Assembly (NCBI GenBank): GCA_963769765.1 | Contig: CAVYNA010000004.1 | Location: 346,373 to 410,372 of the forward strand | Reading direction: 5' to 3' | Origin: an uncultured Acidimicrobiaceae bacterium | GTDB lineage: Bacteria > Actinomycetota > Acidimicrobiia > Acidimicrobiales > RAAP-2 | Length of the DNA stretch: 64,000 nt | Shown: in pieces, positions 27,698 through 37,607 of the stretch | How the letters are laid out: each line of letters begins with the position of its first letter | Numbering within the stretch: position 1 is the first letter of the stretch | Position numbers and translations under genes: made by a program | The notes under the pieces: model-generated | The model's database searches: none | What the model was told of the DNA's origin: nothing | Seen by the model: only the letters and a program-made list of their open reading frames with translations

Positions 27698-29227
27698 TCA
27701 GGCGGCGTCTCCCACCGCCGCGACGGTCTCCTCGCGGAGAGGTGGCCGACGCGGGAGGAGCACGGCGGGGACGAGGGCGGCGAGTGTCAGGGCCGTCACC
27801 CACCAGAAGGTCGTGCCGAAGGCCTCCGCCAGCGGCTGGGCGACCGCGACGCGCACCGCCGCAGGTGCGACCGCGACCCCGGAGAGCCCGCCGGCCGCCG
27901 CATGCACGCGGGTCGCGATCTGGTGGTCGAGCACGACCGCGACCAGCGCGACCCCGACCGAGCCGCCGACCCGCTGGACGATGTTGACCGCGGTCGACGC
28001 TCTCGGGACCTCTGGCCGCGAGAGGGTCTGGTAGGCCGCGGAGATCGCCGGCATCATCACGAAGCCGAACCCGATGCCGCGGACGAATAGCGAGAAGGCG
28101 AGGAGGCCGAGATCGGTGGTCGCCGTGAGCTGCGTGTACACGACCGTGCCGGCGACGACCACGATCAGGCCGCCGGGCACGACCCGACCCGCGCCGAACC
28201 GGTCGGTGAGCCGTCCGGCGAGCGGCATGACGAGTGCCGCGCCGAGGCCCTGGGGCGCCATCAGCAGCCCGGCCTCCAACGCGGAGCGGCCCCGCACCAC
28301 CTGGTAGTAGAGCGGCAACAACAGCATGCCCCCGAAGAGGGAGGCACCGAAGAGGAAGGTGGTCACAGCGGACGCCGAGAAGCTCCGGTCGCGGAACAGC
28401 CGGACGTCGATGAGCGGGGTGATCCTCGAGCGCAAGGCGTGCCAGACGAAGCCGGCGACCAGCGAGGCGCCCACCCCCATCGGGACGAGCACCGAGGCCG
28501 GCGAACCCTGCCCGGCCTGTGCAAGGCCGTAGACAAGGAGGGCGAGCCCCGGTGAGAGCAGCACGAGCCCACGGACGTCGAGGCGCCCGGCGTCTCCGTG
28601 CTCGCGCCGTTCGGGGAGGAAGCGCACGGCCGCGAGGATGGCGACGATGCCGATCGGGATGTTCACGTAGAAGATCCACCGCCACGACACGGTGTCGACG
28701 AGGAGTCCGCCGAGGACCGGGCCGATGACCGGGCCGAGCAGCATCGGCACTCCCATCAGGCTCATGACCCGTCCCATGCGCTGGGGACCCGCAGCCGTCG
28801 CGACGATCGACTGGCCGATCGGCATGATCATGCCGCCACCGATCCCCTGGAGGACCCGGAAGGCGATCAGGCTCTGGATCGACCACGCCGCACCCGAGAG
28901 GGCGGAGCCGACCAGGAAGAGCGCGAGCGACACGATCCACATCCGCTTCGCGCCGAACCGCTCGACGGCCCACCCGGTGAGCGGAATGACGGTCGCGAGC
29001 GCGAGCAGGTAGCCGGTGCTCACCCACTGCACGGTCGAGAGCGGTGCGCGGAAGTCCTTCGCCAGCGTCGCGATCGCGACATTGACGATCGTGGTGTCGA
29101 GGATCGACATGATCGTGCCGATCACCACCACCAGGGCGAGGCGGATCAGGTGCGGATCGAGTCCCCCGAAGCCGGTGTCGGCTCTCGTCCCGGCGGCGCC
29201 CTCCCCCACCGCGTCGCTGGTCGTCAT
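27698..29227 (-). CDS. MFS drug efflux transporter, DHA2 (EmrB/QacA, 14-TMS) family
   Basis: ...LIRLALVVVIGTIMSILDTTIVNVAIATLAKDFRAPLSTVQWVSTGYLLALATVIPLTGWAVERFGAKRMW...RVLQGIGGGMIMP... (509 aa). Confidence 0.85.
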   Translation of the reverse strand: MTTSDAVGEGAAGTRADTGFGGLDPHLIRLALVVVIGTIMSILDTTIVNVAIATLAKDFRAPLSTVQWVSTGYLLALATVIPLTGWAVERFGAKRMWIVSLALFLVGSALSGAAWSIQSLIAFRVLQGIGGGMIMPIGQSIVATAAGPQRMGRVMSLMGVPMLLGPVIGPVLGGLLVDTVSWRWIFYVNIPIGIVAILAAVRFLPERREHGDAGRLDVRGLVLLSPGLALLVYGLAQAGQGSPASVLVPMGVGASLVAGFVWHALRSRITPLIDVRLFRDRSFSASAVTTFLFGASLFGGMLLLPLYYQVVRGRSALEAGLLMAPQGLGAALVMPLAGRLTDRFGAGRVVPGGLIVVVAGTVVYTQLTATTDLGLLAFSLFVRGIGFGFVMMPAISAAYQTLSRPEVPRASTAVNIVQRVGGSVGVALVAVVLDHQIATRVHAAAGGLSGVAVAPAAVRVAVAQPLAEAFGTTFWWVTALTLAALVPAVLLPRRPPLREETVAAVGDAA

Positions 29228-29305
29228 CTGCCTCCTCGCCGGTCGCCGAGCGGCCCGGCCTGACCGTGCCCCGAGGCTACGCGGCGCGTGGCCTCGGTCC
29301 GGTCG

Positions 29306-29701
29306 TCATCCCCGCGCCCTCGCGGCCACGGTCGCGAGGACCCCGTTGACGAACCGTCCCGAGTCGTCCGTCGAGTAGACGACGGCGAGCTCGACCGCCT
29401 CGTCGAGCACCACCGGGGTTGGAACGTCGGGGCAGGCGAGCAGCTCGGCGACCGCGAGGCGCAGCACGCTCCGGTCGACCACGGCCATCCGGTCGAGCTC
29501 CCAACCGATCGACGCCTCGGTGATCAGCTCGTCGATCTGGGCGCGGCGATCGGAGACCGCCTCGAGGAGGTTCAGGGCATACACGTCGGGCGGGACGGGG
29601 AGCCCTGCCACGACCTCGGCGGTGTCGAGCCCTTTGAGGTCGGCCTCGTAGAGGAGGGCGAGCGCGCGCTCGCGGGCCTGGTGTCGGGGTGCGGGTTCCA
29701 T
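29306..29701 (-). CDS. nusB: transcription antitermination factor NusB
   Basis: MEPAPRHQARERALALLYEADLKG...WELDRMAVVDRSVLRLAVAELL...PVVLDEAVELAVVYSTDDSGRFVNGVL... Confidence 0.92.
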   Translation of the reverse strand: MEPAPRHQARERALALLYEADLKGLDTAEVVAGLPVPPDVYALNLLEAVSDRRAQIDELITEASIGWELDRMAVVDRSVLRLAVAELLACPDVPTPVVLDEAVELAVVYSTDDSGRFVNGVLATVAARARG

Positions 29702-29746
29702 GGGCTCACAGCCGGACGCCGGTGCCGGGGCGGCATCGCCCGCGGC

Positions 29747-30307
29747 TCAGGCCCTGGTGAGGTACTCCCCCGTCCGGGTGTCGACCTTGATCCGCTCGCC
29801 CGGTCCGACGAAGAGCGGCACCTGCAGGACCAGACCGGTCTCGAGGGTCGCCGGCTTGCGCGCCCCGGACACGCGGTCTCCCTGGATGCCCGGCTCGGTC
29901 TCGCTCACCGTGAGCTCGACCGCGGCCGGCAGGTCGATGCCCACGATCTCCGTGCCGTAGAACTGCAGCACCGCGTCGTCGCCCTCTTTCAGATAGTTCG
30001 CCGCGTCCCCGAGGAGGTCGGTCTCCACCTGGAGCTGCTCGTAGCTGCTCGTGTCCATGAACACGTACGCGGTGGCGTCGCGGTAGAGGAACTGCATCTC
30101 GCGCTTGTCGATGATGGCCTGCTCGAGCTTCTCGTCGGCCCGGTAGGTCCGCTCGATGACCGCACCCGTCCGCTGGTTCTTCAGCTTCGTCCGGACGAAC
30201 GCCCCGCCTTTGCCGGGCTTCACGTGTTGGAATTCGACGACGTTGAACAGACCCTCGGGCAGGTCGAGGCTCATGCCATTGCGCAGGTCGTTGGTGGAGA
30301 CGGACAT
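29747..30307 (-). CDS. efp: elongation factor P
   Basis: MSVSTNDLRNGMSLDLPEGLFNVVEFQHVKPGKGGAFVRTKLKNQRTGAVIERTYRADEK... (186 aa). The ATG shares one nt with the pepQ TGA. Confidence 0.96.
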   Translation of the reverse strand: MSVSTNDLRNGMSLDLPEGLFNVVEFQHVKPGKGGAFVRTKLKNQRTGAVIERTYRADEKLEQAIIDKREMQFLYRDATAYVFMDTSSYEQLQVETDLLGDAANYLKEGDDAVLQFYGTEIVGIDLPAAVELTVSETEPGIQGDRVSGARKPATLETGLVLQVPLFVGPGERIKVDTRTGEYLTRA

Positions 30308-31458
30308 CAGACGGCGACTTCCTTCGGGAACCGGGTGAGCGGACGGCAGCCGTGGTCGGTCACCACAAGTGTGTCCTCGATGCGCACGCCGCCCGTGCCC
30401 GGCACGTAGACCCCGGGCTCGACGGTGACGACGGTGCCGGGAGCGAGGATAGCAGTCGCCCCGGGTCCGACCGCCGGCGCCTCGTGGATCTCGAGCCCGA
30501 CTCCGTGCCCGGTGCCGTGCTCGAATCGCTCGGCCAATCCCCGTGCGTCGAGCGCGGCGCGGCAGGCGTCGTCCACCTCGCCGCCCGTCGCCCCCGGCAC
30601 GACCCGCCCGACCCCGAGGCGCTGCGCGTCGAGGACCGCCTCGAAGAGCTCCGCCAGCGCGCCGACCGGCTCGCCACCCACGCAGAAGGTCCGCGTCATG
30701 TCGGAGCGGTAGCCGTCGGAGACCGCGCCGAAGTCGACGACGACCGGGTCGCCGGGGAGGATGCGCCGCGCGGTCGGTCGCGCGTGGGGCATCGCCGAGT
30801 GCTCCCCGGACGCCACGATGGTCTCGAAGGCACGGTCCTCGGCGCCCGCCTCGCGCATCGCGTGGTCGAGGGCGGCCGCGAAGGCCGCCTCGGTGAGCGC
30901 GGGACCGCCCCGGCCCACGGCCACGAGGAGCGGCAGTACCTCGGCCAGTGCACGGTCCGCGAACCCCGCTGCGCGCTGCATGCGCTCGACCTCGGCGTCG
31001 TCCTTGACCTGGCGCATCGCCTCGACCACTCCGGAAGTCGGCGAGAGCTCGGTCCCCTCGAATCGCGCCTCCAAGACCCGCAGGGCCGACCAGGTCATGT
31101 GCTCGGCCTCCAGTCCGAGCGTTCCGGGGCGACCCGCTCGGTCGACCAGCGCGTCCTGTTGGCCGCGTGTCCCGGCGATCACGACTTCGACAGCGTCGGC
31201 GATCCCCGCCCCGTCCAGCTGCTCGGCGGCCTGCGCCCGGTACCGCCCGTCAGTGGTGAGCAGGGCGGTGTCCGCGGTCACGAGGAGGTGGCCGGCCGAT
31301 CCCGAGAAGCCGGTCAGCCACCGGATGTTCGGCGCCGACGTCACGAGGAGGGCGTCGACCGGTCGGTCGTCGTCACCGGCGGTCGCGAACCGGTCGCGGA
31401 GCCGCGCGAGGCGGCCCACGGCGGACAGCGGAGCGAGCGTCGGCCCGGGGCCGCTCAT
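30307..31458 (-). CDS. Xaa-Pro aminopeptidase (M24 family)
   Basis: ...RMQRAAGFADRAL...HAMREAGAEDRAFETIVASGEHSAMPHARP...GDPVVVDFGAVSDGYRSDMTRTF...GHGVGLEIHEAP...GTVVTVEPGVYVPGTGGVRIEDT... The ATG overlaps the aroQ stop (ATGA). Confidence 0.85.
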   Translation of the reverse strand: MSGPGPTLAPLSAVGRLARLRDRFATAGDDDRPVDALLVTSAPNIRWLTGFSGSAGHLLVTADTALLTTDGRYRAQAAEQLDGAGIADAVEVVIAGTRGQQDALVDRAGRPGTLGLEAEHMTWSALRVLEARFEGTELSPTSGVVEAMRQVKDDAEVERMQRAAGFADRALAEVLPLLVAVGRGGPALTEAAFAAALDHAMREAGAEDRAFETIVASGEHSAMPHARPTARRILPGDPVVVDFGAVSDGYRSDMTRTFCVGGEPVGALAELFEAVLDAQRLGVGRVVPGATGGEVDDACRAALDARGLAERFEHGTGHGVGLEIHEAPAVGPGATAILAPGTVVTVEPGVYVPGTGGVRIEDTLVVTDHGCRPLTRFPKEVAV

Positions 31459-31904
31459 CGAGCGGCGAGGAGGTCCGCCACGGCGCGGACGGCCAGCGGG
31501 TAGCCGAGGCCGCCGAAGCCGGCGATCGCGCCGTTCGCCGCCGGAGCGATGGTCGAAGTGTGCCGGAACGGCTCGCGGGCCGCCGGGTTCGAGAGATGGA
31601 GCTCGACCACCACACCGTCGAAGGCGGACAGCGCATCGTGCAACGACCAGGACGTATGGGAGAGCGCGCCCGCGTTGACGATGATGGCGACCGCGGAACC
31701 CCTCGCCGCGTGGACGGCCTCGACCAGGTCGCCCTCGTGGTTGTGCTGGTGGTGCTCGAGCCGGAACCCGGCCGCCTCCGCGGCGGCCGTGGCGGTCGCC
31801 ACGTGGTCGGCGAGCGTGGCCGTGCCGTAGATCGCGGGTTCGCGCGCACCGAGCAGGTCCAGGTTGGGTCCCGACAGGACCAGGATGGTCCCCCGGTCGC
31901 TCAC
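31455..31904 (-). CDS. aroQ: type II 3-dehydroquinate dehydratase
   Basis: VSDRGTILVLSGPNLDLLGAREPAIYGTATLADH...HQHNHEGDLVEAVH...IVNAGALSHTSWSLHDAL...VELHLSNPAAREPFRH... The GTG overlaps the aroB stop (GTGA). Confidence 0.92.
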   Translation of the reverse strand: MSDRGTILVLSGPNLDLLGAREPAIYGTATLADHVATATAAAEAAGFRLEHHQHNHEGDLVEAVHAARGSAVAIIVNAGALSHTSWSLHDALSAFDGVVVELHLSNPAAREPFRHTSTIAPAANGAIAGFGGLGYPLAVRAVADLLAAR

Positions 31905-32983
31905 CGCGGTCGGTCCCCGTCTCGGCGCTCCATCTCCGCCAGGGTAGCCACCACGTCGGCGACCTCGACCTCCCTCACGACCTCGACCCCGTTCGGGCCG
32001 TCGAGCACGAAGGTCAGCCCGCCACGCGCCTTCTTGTCCCGCGCCATGAAGGTGACCAGGAGCTCGGGGTCGGCCCCGGTGGGCAACGCCGATGAGAGGT
32101 CGAAGCCCGCGACCACTGAGCGGTGGCGCTGGACCGCCCGGTCGTCGATTCGACCGAGGCGGCGCGCGAGATGCGCGGCGAAGACGAGCCCGACGGCGAC
32201 CGCCTCCCCGTGGCGGAGCGCCTCGCCCTCGTCTCCACCGAACGCCGAGGCCTCGAGCGCGTGGCCGAGGGTGTGCCCGTAGTTGAGGATCATCCGCCGG
32301 TTCCCTTCGAGCTCGTCGGCGGAGACCACCGCGGCCTTGATGGACGCACAGCGCGCCACCTGCTCGTCGAGGGGAAGCTCGTTGATGGGCACCTCCGGGT
32401 CCTCCGGGTCCTCCGGGCCGGGGTCGACTCCGAGCAGCCCGTACTTCGCGATCTCCCCCCGACCCGAGGCCCACTCGCGAGGAGGCAGGGTCGCGAGCAC
32501 CTCGGTGTCGCAGAGGACCGCACGCGGCTGCCAGAAGGCTCCCACCAGGTTCTTGCCCTCTGGCAGGTTGACCCCGGTCTTCCCGCCGATCGCCGCGTCG
32601 ACCTGTGCGAGCAGTGAGGTCGCCACGTTCACGTAGGCGGTCCCCCGGTGGAAGCTGGCCGCAGCGAAGCCGGCCAGGTCGGTGACCACGCCGCCTCCGA
32701 CGGCGACGACCACGTCGCCGCGGTTCAGGCCCGCCCGGGCGAACCGTCGACAGAGCTCCTCGACCTCGCCCAGGCGCTTGGCTCCCTCGCCGTCGGGCAC
32801 CGTCATCACCTCGTACGGCATGCCCGGGTCGACCTCGACGGGGATGCCCGCCTGGGTCACGACGACCGCCCGTGCCGCCGTGGGGACCTCTCTCGCAACG
32901 ACCCGGGCCAGCTCGTGTCTCGCCCCCGCACCGACGAGCACGTCGTAGCGGCGTGCGCCGAGCTCGACACCGACCGTCCTCAT
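31901..32983 (-). CDS. aroB: 3-dehydroquinate synthase
   Basis: [20 protein letters not shown]...VAVGGGVVTDLAGFAAASFHRGTAYVNVATSLLAQVDAAIGGKTGVNLPEGKNLVGAFWQP...NYGHTLGHALE... The ATG overlaps the aroK stop (ATGA). Confidence 0.92.
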   Translation of the reverse strand: MRTVGVELGARRYDVLVGAGARHELARVVAREVPTAARAVVVTQAGIPVEVDPGMPYEVMTVPDGEGAKRLGEVEELCRRFARAGLNRGDVVVAVGGGVVTDLAGFAAASFHRGTAYVNVATSLLAQVDAAIGGKTGVNLPEGKNLVGAFWQPRAVLCDTEVLATLPPREWASGRGEIAKYGLLGVDPGPEDPEDPEVPINELPLDEQVARCASIKAAVVSADELEGNRRMILNYGHTLGHALEASAFGGDEGEALRHGEAVAVGLVFAAHLARRLGRIDDRAVQRHRSVVAGFDLSSALPTGADPELLVTFMARDKKARGGLTFVLDGPNGVEVVREVEVADVVATLAEMERRDGDRPR

Positions 32984-33510
32984 CGGTGGGCGAGCCCGGC
33001 CAGGCCGGCCACCTCCAGGACGCGCTCGACGATGTCGGCGGGTTCCAGCTCGTCGACGTCGACCACCGCCGTGCACACCTCCTCGTAGAGCGGACGGCGG
33101 ACGTCGTCGAGCTCGCGCACGGTCGCTGCCGGGTCGGCTCCGTCGAGGAGCGGCCGGCCCCTGCCTGATCCCACCCGCGCGGCGAGCGTGTCCGGCCGCG
33201 CACGCAGCCAGACCACCGGGCCCGCTCCACGGAGGAGGCGGCGGTTCGACGGCGCCAGGACGACCCCGCCCGCAGCGGAGACGACGACCGGTGCCGGCGA
33301 CGCCAGCGCCTCGGCGAGGACGCGCGACTCCTCCGCGCGGAACGCCTCCTCGCCGCGCTCGGCGAAGAGCTCCGCGACGCTGCGGCCCGTGTCTGACTCG
33401 ACCTGCCGGTCGGAGTCGAAGTAGGCCCAACCCAGCCGGCCCGCAGCCAGCTGACCGACGGTCGTCTTGCCGGCCCCCATCATCCCGATCAGGACCAACC
33501 GGTCAGCCAT
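32980..33510 (-). CDS. aroK: shikimate kinase
   Basis: [38 protein letters not shown]...FRAEESRVL...GGGVV... The ATG 33510 overlaps the aroC end by 8 nt. Confidence 0.9.
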   Translation of the reverse strand: MADRLVLIGMMGAGKTTVGQLAAGRLGWAYFDSDRQVESDTGRSVAELFAERGEEAFRAEESRVLAEALASPAPVVVSAAGGVVLAPSNRRLLRGAGPVVWLRARPDTLAARVGSGRGRPLLDGADPAATVRELDDVRRPLYEEVCTAVVDVDELEPADIVERVLEVAGLAGLAHR

Positions 33511-34711
33511 CGGACGACGCCGCAGCGGCCGAGTGCACCTCGCCGAGGGTGGCGAGATACCCGGCGTGGTTGCGTCGGAGCTCCGCAACCGAGTCGCCGC
33601 CGAACTTCTCCAGTGCCGCCGCTGCGATCGTCAACGCAAGCATCGTCTCGGCCACGACACCCATGGCGGGCACGGCGGTCACGTCGGTCCGCTCCTTGAA
33701 CGAGACGGTCGACTCCTTCGTCACCACGTCGACCGTGCCGAGCGTCGGTCGGTTGAGAGTCGCGAGCGGCTTCATCGACACCCGGGCGACGATCGGCGAA
33801 CCGGTCGACATCCCGCCTTCGATCCCGCCGGCACGGTGCGTGTCGCGCACGTAGCCGCCTCCGAGAGCGGTCCGCTCGTCACCGTCTCCCAGGCGGATCG
33901 CGTCATGGGCCATGGAGCCGCGCACCGCGGCGACCGTCGAACCCTCGCCGATCTCGACGGCCTTGACCGCCTGGATGCTCATCAGCGCGAAGGCGAGCCG
34001 GGCATCGAGGCGCCGGTCCCAGTGCACATGGCTTCCGAGCCCGACCGGGACGCCGTGGGCCACCACCTCTGCGACCCCGCCGAGCGAGTCGCCCTCCTTT
34101 GCCGCGGCCTTGATCGCAGTGACCATCCGCGCCTCCGCCTCGGGGTCGGCGCACCGCACCGGCGAGTCGTCGATGCGCCCGAGGTCGTCCATCGTCGGGA
34201 GGGGCCCGTCGGGCGCACGCTCGGCACCGAGCTGGATCACATGGCTCAGGACGTCGATGCCGAGCTGAGCGAGCACGAGCTTGGCGAGGGTGCCCGCGGC
34301 GACCCGTGCGGCGGTCTCGCGTGCCGAGGCCCGCTCGAGGACGTCCCGTGCGTCGTCGAGCCCGTACTTCAGCATGCCGGAGAGGTCGGCGTGGCCGGGC
34401 CTCGGCTGGGTGAGGACCTTCGCGGGCAGCCCCGGCGCGGGCGACATCTCCTCCTCCCACTTCGGCCATTCCGAGTTGAGGATCTCGACGGCGACCGGCG
34501 AGCCGATCGTTCTCCCGTGCCGCACACCGCCGACGATGGTCAGCTCGTCGGCCTCGAAGCGCATCCGCGGCCCACGGCCGTAGCCGAGGCGGCGCCTGGC
34601 GAGTCCGTCCCGGAGGTCTTCGGCGGTCACGACGAGCCCTGCCGGGAGGCCCTCCACGATCACGACCAGGGCGCGCCCGTGCGATTCGCCGGCGGTCAGG
34701 AAGCGGAGCAC
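33503..34711 (-). CDS. aroC: chorismate synthase
   Basis: [26 protein letters not shown]...[12 protein letters not shown]...[13 protein letters not shown]...RPGHADL...[15 protein letters not shown]... (402 aa). Confidence 0.95.
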   Translation of the reverse strand: MLRFLTAGESHGRALVVIVEGLPAGLVVTAEDLRDGLARRRLGYGRGPRMRFEADELTIVGGVRHGRTIGSPVAVEILNSEWPKWEEEMSPAPGLPAKVLTQPRPGHADLSGMLKYGLDDARDVLERASARETAARVAAGTLAKLVLAQLGIDVLSHVIQLGAERAPDGPLPTMDDLGRIDDSPVRCADPEAEARMVTAIKAAAKEGDSLGGVAEVVAHGVPVGLGSHVHWDRRLDARLAFALMSIQAVKAVEIGEGSTVAAVRGSMAHDAIRLGDGDERTALGGGYVRDTHRAGGIEGGMSTGSPIVARVSMKPLATLNRPTLGTVDVVTKESTVSFKERTDVTAVPAMGVVAETMLALTIAAAALEKFGGDSVAELRRNHAGYLATLGEVHSAAAASSDG

Positions 34712-34741
34712 GGCACCGAATCTACTCGGGGCGCCTTCCGG

Positions 34742-35518
34742 TCAGCCGCCCGTATGGAAGAGATCGTGGGCGAGCGGACCTCCCCAGAGCACGGCGACGA
34801 CCGCACCCGCGGCCAACGCGGGCGCGAACGGGATCCTCGTGCGACGGCCGGCGCCTGAGGCCGCCATCAGGACCACCCCGACCAGCGCTCCCGCGACGAA
34901 CGCCACGAGGAAGGCGAGGTACGCGTGCAGCAGGCTCAGGTAGCCGGTCACGAGACCCACGACTCCCGCGAGGCGGACGTCACCGAAGCCCATCCCCCGT
35001 GGCATCGCCCACCAGATCGCGAAGAACACCGCGAAGGCGACGGCGGAGGCGAGCGCGCCGGCCCAGAGGTCGTTCCAGGTCCCGGTCGTCCCCGAGACCG
35101 CGACCAGCAGTGGCACGATGACGGCGAGGGCACCGTACAAGAGGGTCCGCGGCACGAGCCGGTGGCTCAGATCGGTGACCGACACGACGACCGCGACCGC
35201 GAAGAAGACGTCGTAGGGCGCGGCGATCAGGTGAGGGCCGAACCGGACGGCGGCCGCCCCGAAGAGGCAGCCGGTCGAGATCGCCGCGCCGGATGTCCTC
35301 GCCAGGGAGGTCCCGGTCGGAACGAGATGCGCGCCCGGGGAAGCCGGTGCCGGTTCGGTGCCGTCGGGGGTTCCCTCGGCGAGTCGTTCCGCCCGCCGAC
35401 GGAGATCAGCAGTCCGGCTCGCGTCCGCCAGCCGCTGCCCGAGCGGGTCGACCGCCGCACCGACGACCAGGCCGGCAATGGTCGACGCAACGACCAACGG
35501 GACGTCCACGAAGGGCAA
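34742..35518 (-). CDS. A24-family prepilin peptidase-like membrane protein
   Basis: A polytopic membrane ORF with ...VSVTDLSHRLVP... and ...MGFGDVRLAGVVGL... (two Asp motifs of type IV prepilin peptidases). The same position upstream of aroC is seen in many Actinomycetota. Confidence 0.7.
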   Translation of the reverse strand: MPFVDVPLVVASTIAGLVVGAAVDPLGQRLADASRTADLRRRAERLAEGTPDGTEPAPASPGAHLVPTGTSLARTSGAAISTGCLFGAAAVRFGPHLIAAPYDVFFAVAVVVSVTDLSHRLVPRTLLYGALAVIVPLLVAVSGTTGTWNDLWAGALASAVAFAVFFAIWWAMPRGMGFGDVRLAGVVGLVTGYLSLLHAYLAFLVAFVAGALVGVVLMAASGAGRRTRIPFAPALAAGAVVAVLWGGPLAHDLFHTGG

Positions 35519-35563
35519 CGTACCGGACAGCCCGCGGTCGGACGGGCATCTCCCGTCCGCGGG

Positions 35564-36223
35564 TCAGTGGTTCGCCGGCTCGTAGAAGGGGTTTGCGCCG
35601 CTTGCGTGATCCGTGACGTCGACGATCTCGCCGATGTCGGGAAGTGCCTCGCGCAGGATCACCTCGATCCCCTGCGAGAGCGTCGCACGGGCCATGCCAC
35701 AGCCCTGACAGCCGCCGCTCAGGCGGAGGAAGACGGTCGTCTCCTCGACCGCGACGAGATCGGCGCGGCCGCCGTGCGAGGCGATGGAAGGGTTCACCTG
35801 TTCCTCGAGGACGGTGACGACTCGTTGGGCCAGGGGATCGGTGAGGTCGAGCTCGGGCATCGGCGCGCCCGCCGCGCTCGGCGGGGTGTTCGGGTTCACG
35901 ACCACCAGACCGCCCTCGCCGGAGGCGTCGGTCACGAAGTCGAGGGATGCGCCCTGGAGCCGGACCACGCTCGCCTCCGGCACGACGAGGGTGAGATCGT
36001 CGTCGCGCTGGACCGCGTCTCCCGCGTGTGCGTCCGCCAGCGCCTGGAAGTAGAGGTCGTAGGCGTAGGCGCCATTGGACTCGCCGCTGACCTCGAGCCA
36101 GAGCGCGAGAGCTTCCGACTCCGGCTCGTTGGACAGCACTTCGAGCACGGTCGCACGCGCGGCGTCCGTGATGGTCAGCCCCGGGCCCGCCTGGTCACGG
36201 TCGTCTCTCATGGCTGCCATCAT
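35564..36223 (-). CDS. Fe-S cluster assembly protein (HesB/IscA-like N-domain plus Nfu/NifU C-domain)
   Basis: ...LTITDAARATVLEVLSNEP...LALWLEVSG...YAYDLYFQ... then ...VNPSIASHGGRADLVAVEETTVFLRLSGGCQGCGMARATLSQGIE... (CxxC of Nfu). The start is uncertain (ATG 36223, 36220 or 36211). Confidence 0.7.
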   Translation of the reverse strand: MMAAMRDDRDQAGPGLTITDAARATVLEVLSNEPESEALALWLEVSGESNGAYAYDLYFQALADAHAGDAVQRDDDLTLVVPEASVVRLQGASLDFVTDASGEGGLVVVNPNTPPSAAGAPMPELDLTDPLAQRVVTVLEEQVNPSIASHGGRADLVAVEETTVFLRLSGGCQGCGMARATLSQGIEVILREALPDIGEIVDVTDHASGANPFYEPANH

Positions 36224-36229
36224 AAGGGA

Positions 36230-36979
36230 GTGTCCAACAAGCCCCGGCGCGTCGCCCCCGAAGCCCACGAGTGGGTCAGCTTTGACGACCCCACCGAAGA
36301 GCGGACCTGGCTCTTCGACGTCACCTTCCTTTCCAGCTCATGGACGTGCATCTTCGGCAAAGGGTGCCAGGGTGTCCTGACCGGTCCGGCGCCCGAGCTC
36401 GTCCAGGGGTGCTGCTCCTACGGCGCCCACTTCACGGGCAAGAAGGACGCCCGGCGCGTCGAGCGGGCGGCGGCCCAGCTCACCCCCGAGCTCTGGCAGT
36501 TCCACAAGAAGGGCCGACGCGGCGTGGTCAAGAATCTCCCGGACGGCGGTCTCGGAACCCGGCTCGTCGACGGCGCGTGCATCTTCCTCAACCGGCCCGG
36601 ATTCGGGGCCGGCGCCGGCTGTGCGCTGCACCTCGCCGCCGTTGCGGAGGGCCGGAGCCACGTGGAGCTGAAGCCCGAGGTCTGCTGGCAGCTTCCGCTG
36701 CGACGCGAAGACGAGACGTCGCCGGACGGTCGGGTCACCTCAGTGGTGAGGGAGTGGGAGCGCCGCCACTGGGGAGAGGGTGGCGAGGATTTCCACTGGT
36801 GGTGCACCGAGGATCCCGCCGCATTCGTCGGGCACGAGCCGGTCTACGTCGCAATGCGCGACGAGCTCGTGGCGATGGCCGGTCGCGCCGTCTACAAGAA
36901 GCTCGCGGCATACCTCGACGGACGCACCGACCCGACATCCCGGGTCACCCTGCTCCCCCATCCGACCGTCCGGCGCTGA
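36230..36979 (+). CDS. conserved Cys-rich hypothetical protein (possible metal/Fe-S binding)
   Basis: The C-terminal third of the listed 684-aa ORF reads ...EWVSFDDPTEERTWLFDVTFLSSSWTCIFGKGCQGVLTG...QGCCSYGAHFTGKKD...DGACIFLNRPGFGAGAGCALH...CWQLPLRRE...HWWCTEDP... I do not recognise a family name with confidence. The first possible start is GTG 36230. Confidence 0.5.
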   Translation: MSNKPRRVAPEAHEWVSFDDPTEERTWLFDVTFLSSSWTCIFGKGCQGVLTGPAPELVQGCCSYGAHFTGKKDARRVERAAAQLTPELWQFHKKGRRGVVKNLPDGGLGTRLVDGACIFLNRPGFGAGAGCALHLAAVAEGRSHVELKPEVCWQLPLRREDETSPDGRVTSVVREWERRHWGEGGEDFHWWCTEDPAAFVGHEPVYVAMRDELVAMAGRAVYKKLAAYLDGRTDPTSRVTLLPHPTVRR

Positions 36980-36997
36980 GCGCCGCGACCGTCGCCC

Positions 36998-37207
36998 CTA
37001 CTCGGCGAGCGGATCGTCCTCCGGGTCGGCAGCGCCCCGGGTGGACGTGCCGAGGATCTCGTCGTAGTCGTCCTCAGTGGCCAGGCACCACGACGCGTGC
37101 TTGTCGTCGGGTTCGGCGTCGCACTCCGGGCAACGCCTGCTGGCGGTCGCGACCGACCGCTTGAGGCTCCGTGCTTCTTCGAAGCGGCGATGGCGTCCCT
37201 TTTTCAC
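36998..37207 (-). CDS. small basic/acidic hypothetical protein (69 aa) with a CPEC...C cluster
   Basis: GTG 37207 is preceded by GGAG at 9-nt spacing. The product reads (M)KKGRHRRFEEARSLKRSVATASRRCPECDAEPDDKHASWCLATEDDYDEILG... Confidence 0.45.
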   Translation of the reverse strand: MKKGRHRRFEEARSLKRSVATASRRCPECDAEPDDKHASWCLATEDDYDEILGTSTRGAADPEDDPLAE

Positions 37208-37349
37208 GGAAACAACTCCTTGCCCCACCAGGGGTGGCACCGCACCCGACGTCGAACTGGGAACGGCCCGGCCGGTGGTCCCACCGGTCGCCGACGCCCT
37301 CGGAGTCTAGTGCCGCCGGTCGTCAGCCGTTGCGCGTGAGCGGCGCCGC

Positions 37350-37355
37350 TACGAT
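37350..37355 (+). promoter_or_regulatory. -10-like TACGAT, 7 nt before ATG 37363; candidate leaderless promoter
   Basis: The sequence is ...gccgcTACGATcggtccgATG. Confidence 0.35.
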
Positions 37356-37362
37356 CGGTCCG

Positions 37363-37596
37363 ATGCCTGACAGCTTCGATCCCGAGGCCATGGTGGCACG
37401 GTTCGCGCGTCGCGCCGAGGCCGTGCGCACGCGTGGGCTGCCCCCGGTCGAAGGTCCCGAGCGGCAGCGGTTCAAGGAGCAGGCCCAGCTCGACTTCATG
37501 GACTTCGCGATGCTCGGCGATGCCGAGGTCAGCCTCGAGGACGGCGTCTTGATCCTGCGGATCGACCTGCGGCCTGCACCGGCGGACGGCGACTGA
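37363..37596 (+). CDS. small hypothetical protein (77 aa)
   Basis: MPDSFDPEAMVARFARRAEAVRTRGLPPVEGPERQRFKEQAQLDFMDFAMLGDAEVSLEDGVLILRIDLRPAPADGD has ordinary composition and a leaderless-type promoter signal. No family recognised. Confidence 0.45.
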   Translation: MPDSFDPEAMVARFARRAEAVRTRGLPPVEGPERQRFKEQAQLDFMDFAMLGDAEVSLEDGVLILRIDLRPAPADGD

Positions 37597-37607
37597 GCAA
37601 CGGCGAG